From positions 1 to 64,000 of the forward strand of contig CAVSPA010000007.1 of the NCBI GenBank assembly GCA_963729715.1: a DNA stretch of 64,000 nt, given 5' to 3'. This DNA is from an uncultured delta proteobacterium (lineage in GTDB: Bacteria; Desulfobacterota; Syntrophia; Syntrophales; UBA2185). Both the position numbers and the translations under genes were made by a program. The notes beneath the pieces were generated by a model that ran no database searches, had not been told where the DNA came from, and worked only from the letters and a program-made list of their open reading frames with translations. This document shows, one piece after another, positions 20,252-31,285 of this stretch; position 1 is the first letter of the stretch; each line of letters opens with the position of its first letter.

Positions 20252-21019
20252 TCAGATCTGAATGACCTCGCCGTCTTCGAGGACATGAATAGCTCTATCT
20301 CTTATCATAGCTATTTCTCTCTGAATCGCTTCGCGGTATTGGAGCTTCATGTGATAAAGATAAATATTGTGATTGGAAACTTTCAATTTCTGTAATTCTT
20401 CCTCTAAACCCGAAGGTGTCAGATGACCCGTCATGTCCGCGACATTTTTCATGCTGTCGGGGAGGGATGTCTCAATAAAGATGGCCTTCAAATTACTCAT
20501 CTTGTTTGCAGTTTTCCACACCTCTTCAGTGGGACCAGTATCTCCGATAATTATAAATGATCCCTTCTTGGATTCTATTGCATAACTGACCGTCTCTATG
20601 ACGTGATTTACTAAGATGGCGGTAATATCCACATCACCGAGCTTAATCCTTTCCCCAGGATTTATGGCCCTGAACTTTACAACCGGATTTTCGGGGCTGG
20701 GAATCATGGAAAAATCAGGCCAAACTATGTTATTGAAGAGATGTGTCTTGAGGGTGTCGATGATCTTACGGGTTCCGATAACAGTCAGGGGACGACCTTT
20801 CTGCAGATAACAAATATTATCCGCCAGAAACATTATGTCTCTGACATGATCGAGGTGAGCATGGGTGACAAGGACATAATCTATATTAACTTGTTCTTCA
20901 ATAGTTAATAAAGATGTAATAGCTCCGGCATCGACAAGGATCTTGCCGTCCAACAGAAAGCTCGTCGTATTGCATCCTGGTGTCTGTGATCCGTGGCAAC
21001 CCAGTACTCTGATCTGCAT
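20252..21019 (-). CDS. 3',5'-cyclic-nucleotide phosphodiesterase, class II / MBL-fold hydrolase
   Basis: VLGCHGS, VDAG, THAHLDH, HLFNNIVWPDF, GDTGPT, GHLTP, YHMK. Confidence 0.85.
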   Translation of the reverse strand: MQIRVLGCHGSQTPGCNTTSFLLDGKILVDAGAITSLLTIEEQVNIDYVLVTHAHLDHVRDIMFLADNICYLQKGRPLTVIGTRKIIDTLKTHLFNNIVWPDFSMIPSPENPVVKFRAINPGERIKLGDVDITAILVNHVIETVSYAIESKKGSFIIIGDTGPTEEVWKTANKMSNLKAIFIETSLPDSMKNVADMTGHLTPSGLEEELQKLKVSNHNIYLYHMKLQYREAIQREIAMIRDRAIHVLEDGEVIQI

Positions 21020-21061
21020 CTCTTTCTATCCTATACGTGGAATTCCCAATGCTAAGGGCTC

Positions 21062-21233
21062 ATGTCCTCCCTGGTCAGGAAGGTATTCATTTTGCTATGC
21101 GGCCTCAGAACAGGCTTTAACGGCATGTACCGGCTATCTACCCTCAATGTCAGAAGCCGGCGGAACGCTAACATACCTTTCCTGTTCAGGCAACAACTTT
21201 ATAGAACGGTTGTACATCTTGCAGAGAGGACAC
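21062..21233 (-). ncRNA. Candidate structured non-coding RNA or leader (unassigned)
   Basis: 12-bp closing helix plus a long internal helix (21070-21086 with 21173-21190); no credible ORF. Confidence 0.35.
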
Positions 21234-21438
21234 CGTGGTGGATAAAAGACCGGGCATCTTTGCCATAATCCTGCAAGGCGAGACAAGGAGTGCAATGTAA
21301 GACAAATTTTCTTCTTGCCGGGCAGCTGCCTTAATCGTCACCGATGATGCAAGCAAATTCCAGCCCGAATCCTTCTTAACAAAAGGGAAAGCAGAAGTTA
21401 CGATTCGCAAAAAACCGTCTTGCTAAACCAATAGACTA

Positions 21439-21696
21439 TTATGGTACAACTTTAAAAACTTCATCACCGGGGCGGACACGATCGGAGACTTTGACACCAA
21501 TATAGTCTCCCGCCACAGCCTTCTCGACTTTTTGATTCTCGATCTCCATCGATTCAAGTGTGTTTGTTATGTCCGTCGTGTGACCTGTTATCTTGATCGT
21601 ATCGCCTACTTTCACCTCACCATTTGTCACTTTTATCGCCGCAACACACGGCTTCGCAAAAAATTTTACAACTTCGCCTATCTTTTCTTCCGCCAT
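21439..21696 (-). CDS. Small translation elongation factor-like beta-barrel protein (85 aa)
   Basis: MAEEKIGEVVKFFAKPCVAAI...VGDTIKITGHTTD...SMEIE...IGVKVSDRVRPGD; strong AAGGAGG RBS before ATG 21696. Confidence 0.8.
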   Translation of the reverse strand: MAEEKIGEVVKFFAKPCVAAIKVTNGEVKVGDTIKITGHTTDITNTLESMEIENQKVEKAVAGDYIGVKVSDRVRPGDEVFKVVP

Positions 21697-21828
21697 AATG
21701 AATCCTCCTTTTCCGCTGCCCAAATAAAAATCACAATGCGACTCCGTAAAGAACCTTTGATGAGTTGAGACTGTCGGGAAAGTGATAACTTGATATGAAG
21801 TATATTTTTTCTGACAAAAAAACAAGAG

Positions 21829-21864
21829 AAAAAAGAAAAGCAGGGTCGGCAAAAACCCTGCTTT
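21829..21864 (-). terminator. Rho-independent terminator ending the alpha operon
   Basis: AAAGCAGGGT-loop-ACCCTGCTTT followed by a T-rich tail on the minus strand. Confidence 0.8.
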
Positions 21865-21897
21865 GATCTAAACGTAAGAAATCGTGCGTATAGCGTG

Positions 21898-22296
21898 CTA
21901 CTTTGGCGAAATCACCTTCTTCTTTGCCTGATCCGGCCCGATATCACGGATTAACTCAATTATAGACACGGGGGCATTGTCACCTGCGCGATTACCCATC
22001 TTCACTATCCTCGTATAACCGCCTGCACAGTCGCGATACCGCGGCGAAAGTTCATCAAAAAGTTTTCCTACAACTTCCCTGTCCCTCACGTAGGAGAGGA
22101 CCTGTCTCCTCGCATGAAGATCACCTTTCTTTCCGAGGGTGATCATTTTTTCAGCAACTTTTCTCAATTCTTTAGCTTTGGCATCGGTCGTCGTAATCTT
22201 CTCATATTTCAAAAAAGACGTTACCATGTTTCTCAACATAGCTTCCCTGTGACTTTTCGTTCTGCCCAGCCTTCTTCCTGAAATCCCGTGACGCAT
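21898..22296 (-). CDS. rplQ: 50S ribosomal protein L17
   Basis: [23 protein letters not shown]...RAGDNAP. Confidence 0.99.
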   Translation of the reverse strand: MRHGISGRRLGRTKSHREAMLRNMVTSFLKYEKITTTDAKAKELRKVAEKMITLGKKGDLHARRQVLSYVRDREVVGKLFDELSPRYRDCAGGYTRIVKMGNRAGDNAPVSIIELIRDIGPDQAKKKVISPK

Positions 22297-22332
22297 CTAA
22301 CTATCTCCCTTCTCCGCTAAGCATAAAACTCT

Positions 22333-23352
22333 TCATTCTTTAGAACCGAAGTCACCGGTATCTTTCCTCTCTTCCTTACTCCAGGGAGGCAAATCGAGTT
22401 TCATACCAAAGCTGAGTCCCATCTCTGCAAGAATTTCCTTTATTTCATTCAGAGATTTCCTGCCGAAATTCTTGGTCTTTAGCATCTCTGCTTCCGTTTT
22501 CTGAACAAGCTCTCCTATCAGATTAATGCCCGCATTCTTCAAGCAGTTGGCCGATCTTACGGAAAGTTCGAGATCGTCAACATGCCTCAGAAGATTTTCA
22601 TTGGCGGTCTCCTTTTCCTCGACCACTTCCTGCTGCTCTTCCTCATCCGCATCGTCGAAGTTTATGAATATATCCAGTTGCCCTTTCAATATCTTTGCCG
22701 CAAAAGCAAGGGCGTCCTCCGGAAGGACGCTGCCATCGGTCCATACTTCCATGACAAGGCGATCGTAATCAGCAACCTGCCCTACTCTTGCATGGGCAAT
22801 CGTATAATTTACTTTCTTAATAGGCGAAAAAGCTGCATCAACATTTATAGTACCTTCAGGTTGATCAGCGGCCCTTTCCCTGCGGGCCGGCACATACCCC
22901 TTGCCCGACTTCACAACAAGTTCAGCCTTAAATTTCTTGCTTGCCGAGAGGGTGGCAATATGATGCTCGGGATTGAGAACTTCTACAGTCCCGTCGGTAA
23001 TAATGTTTGCCGCAGTCAATATTCCCTCTTTTGAGGTATCGATGTGAACGACTCTCGGACCGTCCTGATTGAGTTTTAACCGAACGCCTTTGAGGTTCAG
23101 TATAATATCTGTTACATCTTCTTTGACCCCCGGAATCGTTGCATATTCATGAAGGACTCCGTCAACCTTCATTGAGACAATAGCCGCTCCCTGAATAGAC
23201 GACAGCAATACCCTTCTGAGGGCATTTCCGAGAGTAATGCCAAAACCCCGCTCTAAAGGCTGACAGGTAAATTCGCCATAAAAGCGTGTGTGTGTGCTCT
23301 CATCAATTTCAATTCGCTTCGGTCGTATTAAAGTGCGCCAGCTCTTTTGCAT
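22333..23352 (-). CDS. rpoA: RNA polymerase alpha subunit
   Basis: [42 protein letters not shown]. Confidence 0.99.
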   Translation of the reverse strand: MQKSWRTLIRPKRIEIDESTHTRFYGEFTCQPLERGFGITLGNALRRVLLSSIQGAAIVSMKVDGVLHEYATIPGVKEDVTDIILNLKGVRLKLNQDGPRVVHIDTSKEGILTAANIITDGTVEVLNPEHHIATLSASKKFKAELVVKSGKGYVPARRERAADQPEGTINVDAAFSPIKKVNYTIAHARVGQVADYDRLVMEVWTDGSVLPEDALAFAAKILKGQLDIFINFDDADEEEQQEVVEEKETANENLLRHVDDLELSVRSANCLKNAGINLIGELVQKTEAEMLKTKNFGRKSLNEIKEILAEMGLSFGMKLDLPPWSKEERKDTGDFGSKE

Positions 23353-23398
23353 TTTTTAGTTCCTTACCTTTTGGGTATGTTTTAAGTATATGACAATC

Positions 23399-24025
23399 TT
23401 ACTTTGAATAAAGCTCAACGACTAATTGTTCCTGAACGGGCATAACCAGTTCTTCACGGGAAGGCAGGGTTTTTACCAGGCCTCTGAAATTATCCTTATC
23501 CAGCTCCAACCACTGCGGTATGCCTCGTCTGGCAACTATCTCCATTGCCTCTACTATTCTTTCCACCTTCTTGCTTTTCTCTCTTACCCGGATCTCGCTG
23601 CCTGCCTTAACCAAGTAAGATGGGATATTTATAGGTTTCCCGTCTATTAAGAAGTGATTATGCCTCACAAGCTGCCTTGCCTCATTTCTCGAATTGGCAA
23701 AGCCGATTCGGAAGACCATATTATCGAGACGTCTTTCCAAGAAGAGTAAAAGATTGGTTCCTGTTATCCCTTTCTGTTTGTCGGCCTTTTCAAAATAACT
23801 CCTGAATTGTCTTTCTAACAGGCCATACATCCTCTTTAGTTTCTGCTTCTCTCTCAACTGCACGCCGTAATCGGAGTGTTTCCTGCGAAGCTGACCATGA
23901 TCTCCCGGAGCATACCCCCTCCTCTCAAACGCACATTTATCACCGTAACACCTGTCCCCCTTGAGAAAAAGTTTCAGGCCCTCTCTTCTGCATAACCGAC
24001 ACACGGATTCTTTATATCTTGCCAA
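23399..24025 (-). CDS. rpsD: 30S ribosomal protein S4 (zinc-binding type)
   Basis: [27 protein letters not shown] start. Confidence 0.99.
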   Translation of the reverse strand: MARYKESVCRLCRREGLKLFLKGDRCYGDKCAFERRGYAPGDHGQLRRKHSDYGVQLREKQKLKRMYGLLERQFRSYFEKADKQKGITGTNLLLFLERRLDNMVFRIGFANSRNEARQLVRHNHFLIDGKPINIPSYLVKAGSEIRVREKSKKVERIVEAMEIVARRGIPQWLELDKDNFRGLVKTLPSREELVMPVQEQLVVELYSK

Positions 24026-24082
24026 AAAAACCTCCCCATAAAAAAATCAGAATTCTTTATGTAAACCCTAAAAAAACCTACC

Positions 24083-24475
24083 TTATACTCTTCTCCTCTT
24101 CGGAGGACGGCACCCATTATGGGGAATCGGCGTAACATCTCTGATAAGACTGATGTTCAAGCCCGCCACCTGCAATGACCTTAATGCTGATTCCCGGCCT
24201 GAACCGGGTCCCTTCACATACACTTGAACTCGCCTCATCCCATGTTCCTTCGCCTTTTTGACCGCATCCTCAGCTGCCACCTGCGCCGCAAAAGGCGTGC
24301 TCTTTCTCGAACCTTTAAATCCCTGAGTTCCGGCAGAAGACCAGGCGACAACGTTGCCACTGAGATCTGTGATTGTAATAATGGTATTGTTAAAGGTAGA
24401 TTGAATATGCACAACTCCTTCAGTTATGTTTTTCTTTTCCTTCTTTTTCCCTGTTTTTCTTACCTGTTTTGCCAT
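24083..24475 (-). CDS. rpsK: 30S ribosomal protein S11
   Basis: [31 protein letters not shown]. Confidence 0.99.
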   Translation of the reverse strand: MAKQVRKTGKKKEKKNITEGVVHIQSTFNNTIITITDLSGNVVAWSSAGTQGFKGSRKSTPFAAQVAAEDAVKKAKEHGMRRVQVYVKGPGSGRESALRSLQVAGLNISLIRDVTPIPHNGCRPPKRRRV

Positions 24476-24499
24476 CTTTCCTCCGGATTAATTCCTTCT

Positions 24500-24868
24500 C
24501 TATTTCTTCTTGCCGGCAATCGACCGTCTCGGTCCTTTCCTCGTTCGCGCATTTGTACTCGTTCTCTGTCCCCTGACGGGAAGCCCTTTCCTGTGCCTCA
24601 GTCCACGGTAAGCCCCGAGATCCATCAGTCGTTTCACCGCCATAGAGATGTCTCGTCTTAAATCGCCTTCGACCTTGTGTTCTTTATCTATGATATTTCT
24701 GATGGCTGTTATTTCTGAGTCGGCAATGTTATCCGTTTTCTTATCAAGGCTGACACCGGCCTTTTCCAGGATATCTCGCGCGTTGTTTCTGCCAATTCCA
24801 TATATATACGTTAACGCAATTTCCATTCTCTTATTCTTCGGTAAGTCAACTCCCGCAATTCTCGCCAC
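24500..24868 (-). CDS. rpsM: 30S ribosomal protein S13
   Basis: [26 protein letters not shown]. Confidence 0.99.
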   Translation of the reverse strand: MARIAGVDLPKNKRMEIALTYIYGIGRNNARDILEKAGVSLDKKTDNIADSEITAIRNIIDKEHKVEGDLRRDISMAVKRLMDLGAYRGLRHRKGLPVRGQRTSTNARTRKGPRRSIAGKKK

Positions 24869-24905
24869 TTGCTAACCTCCTGATGAAAGGGCACTATAGT
24901 CTAAA

Positions 24906-25019
24906 TTATCCTTGACGCTGTTTGTGTTTTGGATTCTCGCAAATAACCCTCAACACACCCCGCCTCTTGATAATTTTACATTTGTCACAAATCTTTTTAA
25001 CTGAAGACCGCACCTTCAC
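24906..25019 (-). CDS. rpmJ: 50S ribosomal protein L36 (zinc-binding)
   Basis: Below the ORF-track cutoff. Manual translation from GTG gives [46 protein letters not shown]. Confidence 0.98.
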   Translation of the reverse strand: MKVRSSVKKICDKCKIIKRRGVLRVICENPKHKQRQG

Positions 25020-25119
25020 AACATTCACTCCTTAACAGAGCGGCTCGGGGCTCGAAGCGCGCCAGACGATCTGCCGATGACACACTGCAATGCCGCACAT
25101 GCACTCTATTCATTTAAGT

Positions 25120-25338
25120 TTATTTTGTCCGGTATATAATCCTTCCCCGAGTAAGATCGTAGGGAGAAAGCTCGACAGTGACCTTATCACCCGGCAGTAT
25201 TTTGATAAAATGCATACGCATCTTTCCTGAAATATGAGCCAGGACGCGGTGCCCATTTTCGAGCTCAACCCGGAACATTGCGTTTGGCAAAGTTTCAACT
25301 ACTTTACCTTCAACCTCAATTGGTTCCTCTTTTGCCAT
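25120..25338 (-). CDS. infA: Translation initiation factor IF-1
   Basis: [29 protein letters not shown]. Confidence 0.99.
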   Translation of the reverse strand: MAKEEPIEVEGKVVETLPNAMFRVELENGHRVLAHISGKMRMHFIKILPGDKVTVELSPYDLTRGRIIYRTK

Positions 25339-25395
25339 AACAACCTATATCAATTAATTACCAACAACCTTGAAAAAATCCTTGTTGTTTCTTTC

Positions 25396-26145
25396 TTAAT
25401 TCATCCTGCTCAGTATATCCGGACCATCCTTGGTTATGGCTACTGAGTGCTCGAAGTGAGCCGATAATTTTCCGTCTTCCGTCACCACAGTCCAGCCGTT
25501 ATCAGTTACTTTGACCTTGTACGCACCTTCATTGACCATTGGTTCAATAGCCAATACCATGCCGGTTTTCAATTCTATGCCTCTACCTCTTATGCCATAG
25601 TTTGGTATCTGTGGTTCCTCGTGAAGCTTTTTTCCGATTCCATGGCCCACAAAATCTCTCACGATAGAAAACCCGGCCGTCTCAACCCGCATTTGAACGG
25701 CGGCCGATATGTCACCGAGGCGATTCCCGGCTCTTGCCTCCCTGATGCCATCGTAGAGCCCCTGTTCAGTAATGTGAATTAACCTAGCCGCTTCCTCGGA
25801 AACATCACCGACAGGCACCGTTATGGCAGCATCCCCGTAGTATCCCTTATAATATGCCCCGAAATCGAGGCTTACGATATCCCCAGCATATAAAACTCTA
25901 TTCGACGGTATTCCATGAACAACTTCCGAATTAACCGATATGCAAAGTGAATTCGGATAGCCCATATAACCCTTAAATGCTGGTACCGCCCCCTTCTTAC
26001 GAACAAGTTCTTCCGAACATATATCCAACTCACCGGTGGTCACACCGGGGCTGACCTTGTCCTTCAGCCTGTTCAATATCTCAGCAACGATATGGTTGCT
26101 CGCCCTCATCCTCTCTATCTCTGCTGGCAGCTTCAGGATAATCAT
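25396..26145 (-). CDS. map: Methionine aminopeptidase type I
   Basis: SVNSEVVHGIP, GHGIG..LHEEP, AIEPM, SAHFEH. Confidence 0.98.
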   Translation of the reverse strand: MIILKLPAEIERMRASNHIVAEILNRLKDKVSPGVTTGELDICSEELVRKKGAVPAFKGYMGYPNSLCISVNSEVVHGIPSNRVLYAGDIVSLDFGAYYKGYYGDAAITVPVGDVSEEAARLIHITEQGLYDGIREARAGNRLGDISAAVQMRVETAGFSIVRDFVGHGIGKKLHEEPQIPNYGIRGRGIELKTGMVLAIEPMVNEGAYKVKVTDNGWTVVTEDGKLSAHFEHSVAITKDGPDILSRMN

Positions 26146-26164
26146 GCTACTGAATATGGCATCA

Positions 26165-27472
26165 TCAGCGCCGTTTCGCGATGCGGCCCTTCTTCATGAA
26201 ACCTTCGTACTGTCTCGTCAGCAAATGTGTTTCGATCTGGCCCGCTGTGTCAAGTGCCACACCGACCACAATCAAAAGGGCGGTGCCCCCAAAATAAAAC
26301 GGTACACTGAAATAACTAATCAGGATGCTGGGAAGGACACAGACAGCTGATACATAAATAGCACCGCCAAATGTCAGTTTAGACAAGACGTCATCAATAT
26401 ATTCCGCAGTTTTCTTACCTGGTCTTATGCCCGGGACGTACCCGCCATATTTTTTCATGTTGTCCGAAACATCCACAGGATTGAATACAACAGCCGTATA
26501 AAAGTAACAAAAAAATACGATGAAGAAAACATACATCAATTCATAAACCATTTTCCCTGGAATCAAAGCATTTGAAATCAGCTTCATCCACGGGTGAGCT
26601 ATGAAGTTAGCGATCGTGGCCGGGAACATAATGATCGAAGACGCAAAGATCGGAGGAATGACGCCCGCGGTATTCACTTTGAGAGGCAAATGGGTTGTCT
26701 GTCCCCCATACATCTTCCGTCCGACAACACGTTTTGCATATTGTACCGGTATTCTCCTCTGTCCACTTTCCACAAAAACGATGATACCTATCACGGCAAT
26801 CATCATAACAACGAGTATTATGATGAAGAAAATGCCCATCTCGCCCGCGGCCAGCAATGAAAATGTCTGGTAGATCGCTGCCGGACCCCTGCAGACAATA
26901 CCGGCAAAGATGATGAGCGATATGCCGTTGCCTATGCCTTTTTCGGTAATCTGTTCCCCCAGCCACATGATGAATGCCGTGCCTGCAGTCAGTGTAATCA
27001 CCGTCATAAGACGGAAGCTCCAGCCAGGCTCCATAACAATGGAAACCCCAGTTGGGCCAGCCATATTTTCCAGTCCAACAGAGATGCCGAAGCCCTGTAT
27101 AAGGCTCAAGAGCACCGTGCCGTAACGAGTATACTGCGTGATCTTCCTCCGTCCCGCCTCACCTTCCTTGGAGAGCCTCTCCAGATGCGGAATAGCGATG
27201 GTCAGGAGCTGAAGAATAATCGAGGCACTGATGTACGGCATGATGCCAAGTGCAAAAACTGAAAGATTGGAAAGCGCACCGCCCGCAAACATGTCAAAAA
27301 ATCCAAGCAATGAACCTTTCGCTTGTTCAAAGTAAGCGGCTAAAGCTGCCGTATCGATGCCAGGCGTCGGCACATGCGCACCAATTCTGTAAACAGCCAA
27401 GAGCAGAAACGAGTATAGAATCCTCCTCTGGAGTTCAGGAATCTTCCCGATATTTTTTAAGCCGTCTAACAA
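26165..27472 (-). CDS. secY: Preprotein translocase SecY
   Basis: LGIMPYISASII, GIGNGISLIIF, PGIRPG. Confidence 0.99.
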   Translation of the reverse strand: MLDGLKNIGKIPELQRRILYSFLLLAVYRIGAHVPTPGIDTAALAAYFEQAKGSLLGFFDMFAGGALSNLSVFALGIMPYISASIILQLLTIAIPHLERLSKEGEAGRRKITQYTRYGTVLLSLIQGFGISVGLENMAGPTGVSIVMEPGWSFRLMTVITLTAGTAFIMWLGEQITEKGIGNGISLIIFAGIVCRGPAAIYQTFSLLAAGEMGIFFIIILVVMMIAVIGIIVFVESGQRRIPVQYAKRVVGRKMYGGQTTHLPLKVNTAGVIPPIFASSIIMFPATIANFIAHPWMKLISNALIPGKMVYELMYVFFIVFFCYFYTAVVFNPVDVSDNMKKYGGYVPGIRPGKKTAEYIDDVLSKLTFGGAIYVSAVCVLPSILISYFSVPFYFGGTALLIVVGVALDTAGQIETHLLTRQYEGFMKKGRIAKRR

Positions 27473-27473
27473 A

Positions 27474-27917
27474 TCAGATAACCTCTACTACCGAGCCGCC
27501 CGCAGCCTCAATCTTGTCTTTGGCTCCGCGACTTATCATATCAACCTTCACCGATATCGGATACTCTATATTGCCTTTGCCCAAGACTTTGATACCATCC
27601 CCTATTCTATTCACGAGACCGGCTTCTAAGAGAACATCCTTATCTATAACTGAACCCTCAGGAAATCTTTTCAATTGATCTATATTTATGATCACAATGT
27701 CTCTACGGAAGGGGTTACGAAACCCCCTCTTCGGTAATCTTCGTGAAAGGGGCATCTGTCCGCCTTCGAATCCTGGTCTGACTCTTCCTCCTGAACGGGC
27801 ATTCTGACCTTTATGCCCCTTCGTAGATGTGCCCCCATGCCCTGATCCATCGCCGCGGCCGATTCTTTTTCTTTTCTTTCTTGAACCCGCAGGCGGCTTC
27901 AATGAACTCAAATTCAT
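27474..27917 (-). CDS. rplO: 50S ribosomal protein L15
   Basis: [24 protein letters not shown]. Confidence 0.99.
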   Translation of the reverse strand: MNLSSLKPPAGSRKKRKRIGRGDGSGHGGTSTKGHKGQNARSGGRVRPGFEGGQMPLSRRLPKRGFRNPFRRDIVIINIDQLKRFPEGSVIDKDVLLEAGLVNRIGDGIKVLGKGNIEYPISVKVDMISRGAKDKIEAAGGSVVEVI

Positions 27918-28111
27918 GCTTTGTTCCCCTTTAGTTCTTCCATAAACACCAGATGACTCACTTTACTAATCATGCCGCGAATCTCAGGTGTATCATCTAG
28001 CAAGACAGTCTTGTTCAATTTCCCCAGCCCCATCCCGCGAAGTATCTGCCGCTGTTTCTGTGGCCTGCCTATATAGCTTTTCACCATTGTTATCTTGAGC
28101 TTCTTATCCAC
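27914..28111 (-). CDS. rpmD: 50S ribosomal protein L30
   Basis: [11 protein letters not shown]...GLGKLN...[15 protein letters not shown] start after a GAGGG RBS. Confidence 0.95.
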   Translation of the reverse strand: MDKKLKITMVKSYIGRPQKQRQILRGMGLGKLNKTVLLDDTPEIRGMISKVSHLVFMEELKGNKA

Positions 28112-28202
28112 AATTTGTCCCTCTATAACGCGCATACTTATTCTTCCAAGTTCATAAGAGGTCATTCATTATCAGCGATCGACGACCTTTTATGAAATCT
28201 CA

Positions 28203-28724
28203 TCAATTATCAGCGCCGGTTTTCCCTCTCAGGGTCGAGATTTCCGCCGGGTCCTTCAATTGACAAAGACCATCAATTGTAGCCTTGACTAGATTGTGCG
28301 GGTTATGTGAGCCTAAACATTTTGTCAGTATGTTATGGACTCCCGTAACTTCGAGAACCGCCCTCACAGCCCCTCCTGCAATGAGACCAGTTCCTTCGGA
28401 AGCAGGCTTCAGTAGAACCCTGCCTGCACCAAACTTTCCAATAACCTCATAGGGAACAGTCCTATTGGAAATGGCAACTTTAACCATGCTTTTCTTGGCC
28501 CTTTCCATACCCTTTCTGATCGCTTCAGGAACCTCGTGGGCCTTTCCCAGACCGGCACCGACAGACCCGTGTCCGTCTCCAACGACGACTATGGCACTGA
28601 ACCGAAATCTCCGTCCGCCTTTGACAACTTTGGCCGTTCTGTTAATTGCTATGACTCTGTCAAGAAGTTCTAATTCTTCCATATCCTCAGTAATAACCAT
28701 TCCCTTCGAGTAATGTAGACCCAA
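28203..28724 (-). CDS. rpsE: 30S ribosomal protein S5
   Basis: [25 protein letters not shown]. Confidence 0.99.
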   Translation of the reverse strand: MGLHYSKGMVITEDMEELELLDRVIAINRTAKVVKGGRRFRFSAIVVVGDGHGSVGAGLGKAHEVPEAIRKGMERAKKSMVKVAISNRTVPYEVIGKFGAGRVLLKPASEGTGLIAGGAVRAVLEVTGVHNILTKCLGSHNPHNLVKATIDGLCQLKDPAEISTLRGKTGADN

Positions 28725-28727
28725 AAC

Positions 28728-29093
28728 CTAGAATTTTAACCCTGACTCTCTTGCCCCCTCGGCAAGCGCCTCAACGCGCCCGTGATACAGGTAACATCCT
28801 CTGTCAAAAACGGCACGTTCTATACCCAGAGCCTTCAATTTTTTTGAAACAAGATTACCGACCTTCTTCGCTGCATCAATTTTCTTAGAACCATCAACGG
28901 TACCCTTGATTTCCTTGCTCAGTGTTGAAGCCTCAACCAGCGTTCGTCCGACATCATCTGCTATAGCCTGAACATATATATGCCTGGAACTCCTAAAAAT
29001 AGAAAGACGCGGCCGAGCTTCCGTGCCGAATATTTTTCCTCTCACCCTCTTCTTGCGTTTAATTCGTATCTTTTCTACTTTTTTCGATGCCAA
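28728..29093 (-). CDS. rplR: 50S ribosomal protein L18
   Basis: [21 protein letters not shown]. Confidence 0.99.
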   Translation of the reverse strand: MASKKVEKIRIKRKKRVRGKIFGTEARPRLSIFRSSRHIYVQAIADDVGRTLVEASTLSKEIKGTVDGSKKIDAAKKVGNLVSKKLKALGIERAVFDRGCYLYHGRVEALAEGARESGLKF

Positions 29094-29162
29094 TTCTCTA
29101 CCCCTTATGCGTTCAGCATCACACCGTTAAAGATGTTTTCAAGCCATGGACGAATCAATTCA

Positions 29163-29702
29163 TCAGGCTCCGACGGACTTACCCACTTTCCTTCTAACCT
29201 TTTCTCCTACATACCTTATCCCTTTTCCTTTGTAGGGTTCAGGTTTCTTTAGGTCTCTAATTTCAGCGGCAACTCTTCCTACGAGTTGCTTATCAATTCC
29301 ACTGACCATAATATTTATCTGTTTATCGATCTTTACATCAATCCCCTTAGGAATCCTGTATTCTAAAGGACTGGAAAATCCTAAAACTAATCTAAGAATG
29401 TCATCACTCTTCTCGGCACGGTATCCGATACCGGAGAGTTCCAGGCCCTTCTGAAAACCAACTGTAACACCCATAACCATATTCGCAATCAGCGTCCTCA
29501 CAAGGCCGTGATAGGCGTTGCCTTTTCTCGTCTCGGACGATGTTGTTACTTCTATCGTCCCGTCACTTATTGTCACCTCAACACCATGGGGCATTTCCAT
29601 AGACAGAATCCCCTTGGGGCCCTGAACTTTGACTGTCGATTTATCCCGACTGATTTTCACCCCCTGAGGAATTATAACGGGTTTCTTACCGATTCTTGAC
29701 AT
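29163..29702 (-). CDS. rplF: 50S ribosomal protein L6
   Basis: MSRIGKKP, PEPYKGKGIRY. Confidence 0.99.
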   Translation of the reverse strand: MSRIGKKPVIIPQGVKISRDKSTVKVQGPKGILSMEMPHGVEVTISDGTIEVTTSSETRKGNAYHGLVRTLIANMVMGVTVGFQKGLELSGIGYRAEKSDDILRLVLGFSSPLEYRIPKGIDVKIDKQINIMVSGIDKQLVGRVAAEIRDLKKPEPYKGKGIRYVGEKVRRKVGKSVGA

Positions 29703-29746
29703 TGAATAAATCTCCAGATACTAAATGACTTTGCCCAAGAATATTT

Positions 29747-30148
29747 CTACCACACATTGCAGAGCACTTCTCCACCCAGTTTCGACTCGCTTGCTTCTTT
29801 ATCTGTTAATATCCCCTTTGATGTGGAGAGAATCGCAATACCATAACCGTTCAATACCTTTGGTATCCTCTCACTTCTCACATAGACCCTTCTTCCGGGC
29901 TTACTGACTCTTTGAATGCTCGTAAGAACCGACCTCTTCGCGTCGGCATATCTCAGGTATATTCTCAACACCTGATGTCCGCGCGCATCTTTCTTAATAT
30001 CGTAGCCGCTTATATACCCGGATTTCTTCAATACTTTTGCGATATTGAGATTTATCCTGGATAAGAGAACATCCACGTTCTTGAATCGTACGTTATTGGC
30101 GTTCCGAATTCTTGTTAACATATCAGCGATAGGATCTGTCATCCCCAT
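29747..30148 (-). CDS. rpsH: 30S ribosomal protein S8
   Basis: DPIADMLTRIRNA, SKPGRRVY, GGEVLC. Confidence 0.99.
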   Translation of the reverse strand: MGMTDPIADMLTRIRNANNVRFKNVDVLLSRINLNIAKVLKKSGYISGYDIKKDARGHQVLRIYLRYADAKRSVLTSIQRVSKPGRRVYVRSERIPKVLNGYGIAILSTSKGILTDKEASESKLGGEVLCNVW

Positions 30149-30169
30149 AACATTACTCCTTAATATAAC

Positions 30170-30355
30170 TTACCAGCTGGACTTAATGAGCCCGGGAATT
30201 TCACCTTTCAGAGCACGATTCCTCAGGCAGATTCTGCACATGTCGAATTTTCTGAAATAAGCTCTCGGCCTACCGCATATGGGGCAACGGTTGTACGCCC
30301 TCACTGAAAATTTTGGATTCCTTCTCGCTTTTGCAATCAAGGACTTCTTTGCCAC
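30170..30355 (-). CDS. rpsZ: 30S ribosomal protein S14 type Z (zinc-binding)
   Basis: 61 aa; [17 protein letters not shown]. Confidence 0.98.
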   Translation of the reverse strand: MAKKSLIAKARRNPKFSVRAYNRCPICGRPRAYFRKFDMCRICLRNRALKGEIPGLIKSSW

Positions 30356-30390
30356 ACTTATTCCTCCAGATATTTTTCCTATTTCCTTTA

Positions 30391-30930
30391 TCAGTTTCTA
30401 AATGGTAAACCCATGAGTCTAAGAAGTTGCCTCGCCTCTTCATCCGTTCTGGCAGTCGTCGCAATTACAATATTCATCCCTCTGATTTTATCAATTTTGT
30501 CATAATCTATTTCGGGAAAGATTATCTGCTCCTTCAATCCAACGGCAAAATTCCCTCTGCCGTCGAAAGATTTCTGCGATATTCCCCTGAAATCACGGAC
30601 TCTCGGAAGCGCAACATTCACAAGCCTGTCAAAAAATTCATACATCCTGTCTCCCCTTAGTGTAACGCGGCATCCTATTGACATGCCCTGGCGGAGCTTA
30701 AATGTGGCTATCGACTTCTTTGCTTTCGTTATCACGGGCTTCTGCCCTACAATCATGGAGAGATCCGCGACTGCGCTTTCCAGGGCCTTTATGTTCTGAA
30801 TTGCTTCACCGACGCCCATATTCACGACTATCTTGTCGAGTTTCGGCACCTGCATGCGGTTCTTATAATTGAACTCCTTCACCAGCAAAGGTACAACCTC
30901 TTTTATATAATAATCTCTCAGTCTCGCCAT
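30391..30930 (-). CDS. rplE: 50S ribosomal protein L5
   Basis: [24 protein letters not shown]. Confidence 0.99.
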   Translation of the reverse strand: MARLRDYYIKEVVPLLVKEFNYKNRMQVPKLDKIVVNMGVGEAIQNIKALESAVADLSMIVGQKPVITKAKKSIATFKLRQGMSIGCRVTLRGDRMYEFFDRLVNVALPRVRDFRGISQKSFDGRGNFAVGLKEQIIFPEIDYDKIDKIRGMNIVIATTARTDEEARQLLRLMGLPFRN

Positions 30931-30941
30931 TTTATCTTGAC

Positions 30942-31262
30942 CTACGTATCCAATATATCGTTACATTTTTTGCAAATTCGTGTCTTCGCCCCATCTTCCA
31001 TGACCTTGTATCCTACCCTGACACCTTCATCACATTTGTTGCACAGGAACATGACGTTGGAGATATTGATCGGCCCTTCTTTTTCCACGATTCCACCCTT
31101 CCCTTTCTGATCGGGCCTCTTATGTTTCTTAAAGATGTTCAGCTTCTCGACGACAATCTGGTCTTTATCATTTATGACCTTCAGAACCTTACCGGTTTTC
31201 CCCTTTTCTTTGCCGGCAATCACTTTCACCATATCGCCTTTTTTCAGTCGTTTGACCTGCAT
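30942..31262 (-). CDS. rplX: 50S ribosomal protein L24
   Basis: [17 protein letters not shown] motif; C-terminal CNKC/CKKC. Confidence 0.99.
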   Translation of the reverse strand: MQVKRLKKGDMVKVIAGKEKGKTGKVLKVINDKDQIVVEKLNIFKKHKRPDQKGKGGIVEKEGPINISNVMFLCNKCDEGVRVGYKVMEDGAKTRICKKCNDILDT

Positions 31263-31285
31263 TTCCTATACCTCACTCCAACCCT

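Noticed and set aside
21697..21852. 52-aa N-terminal extension on the EF-like ORF in the track
   Set aside because: Runs through the rplQ terminator T-tract; the strong RBS sits before ATG 21696.
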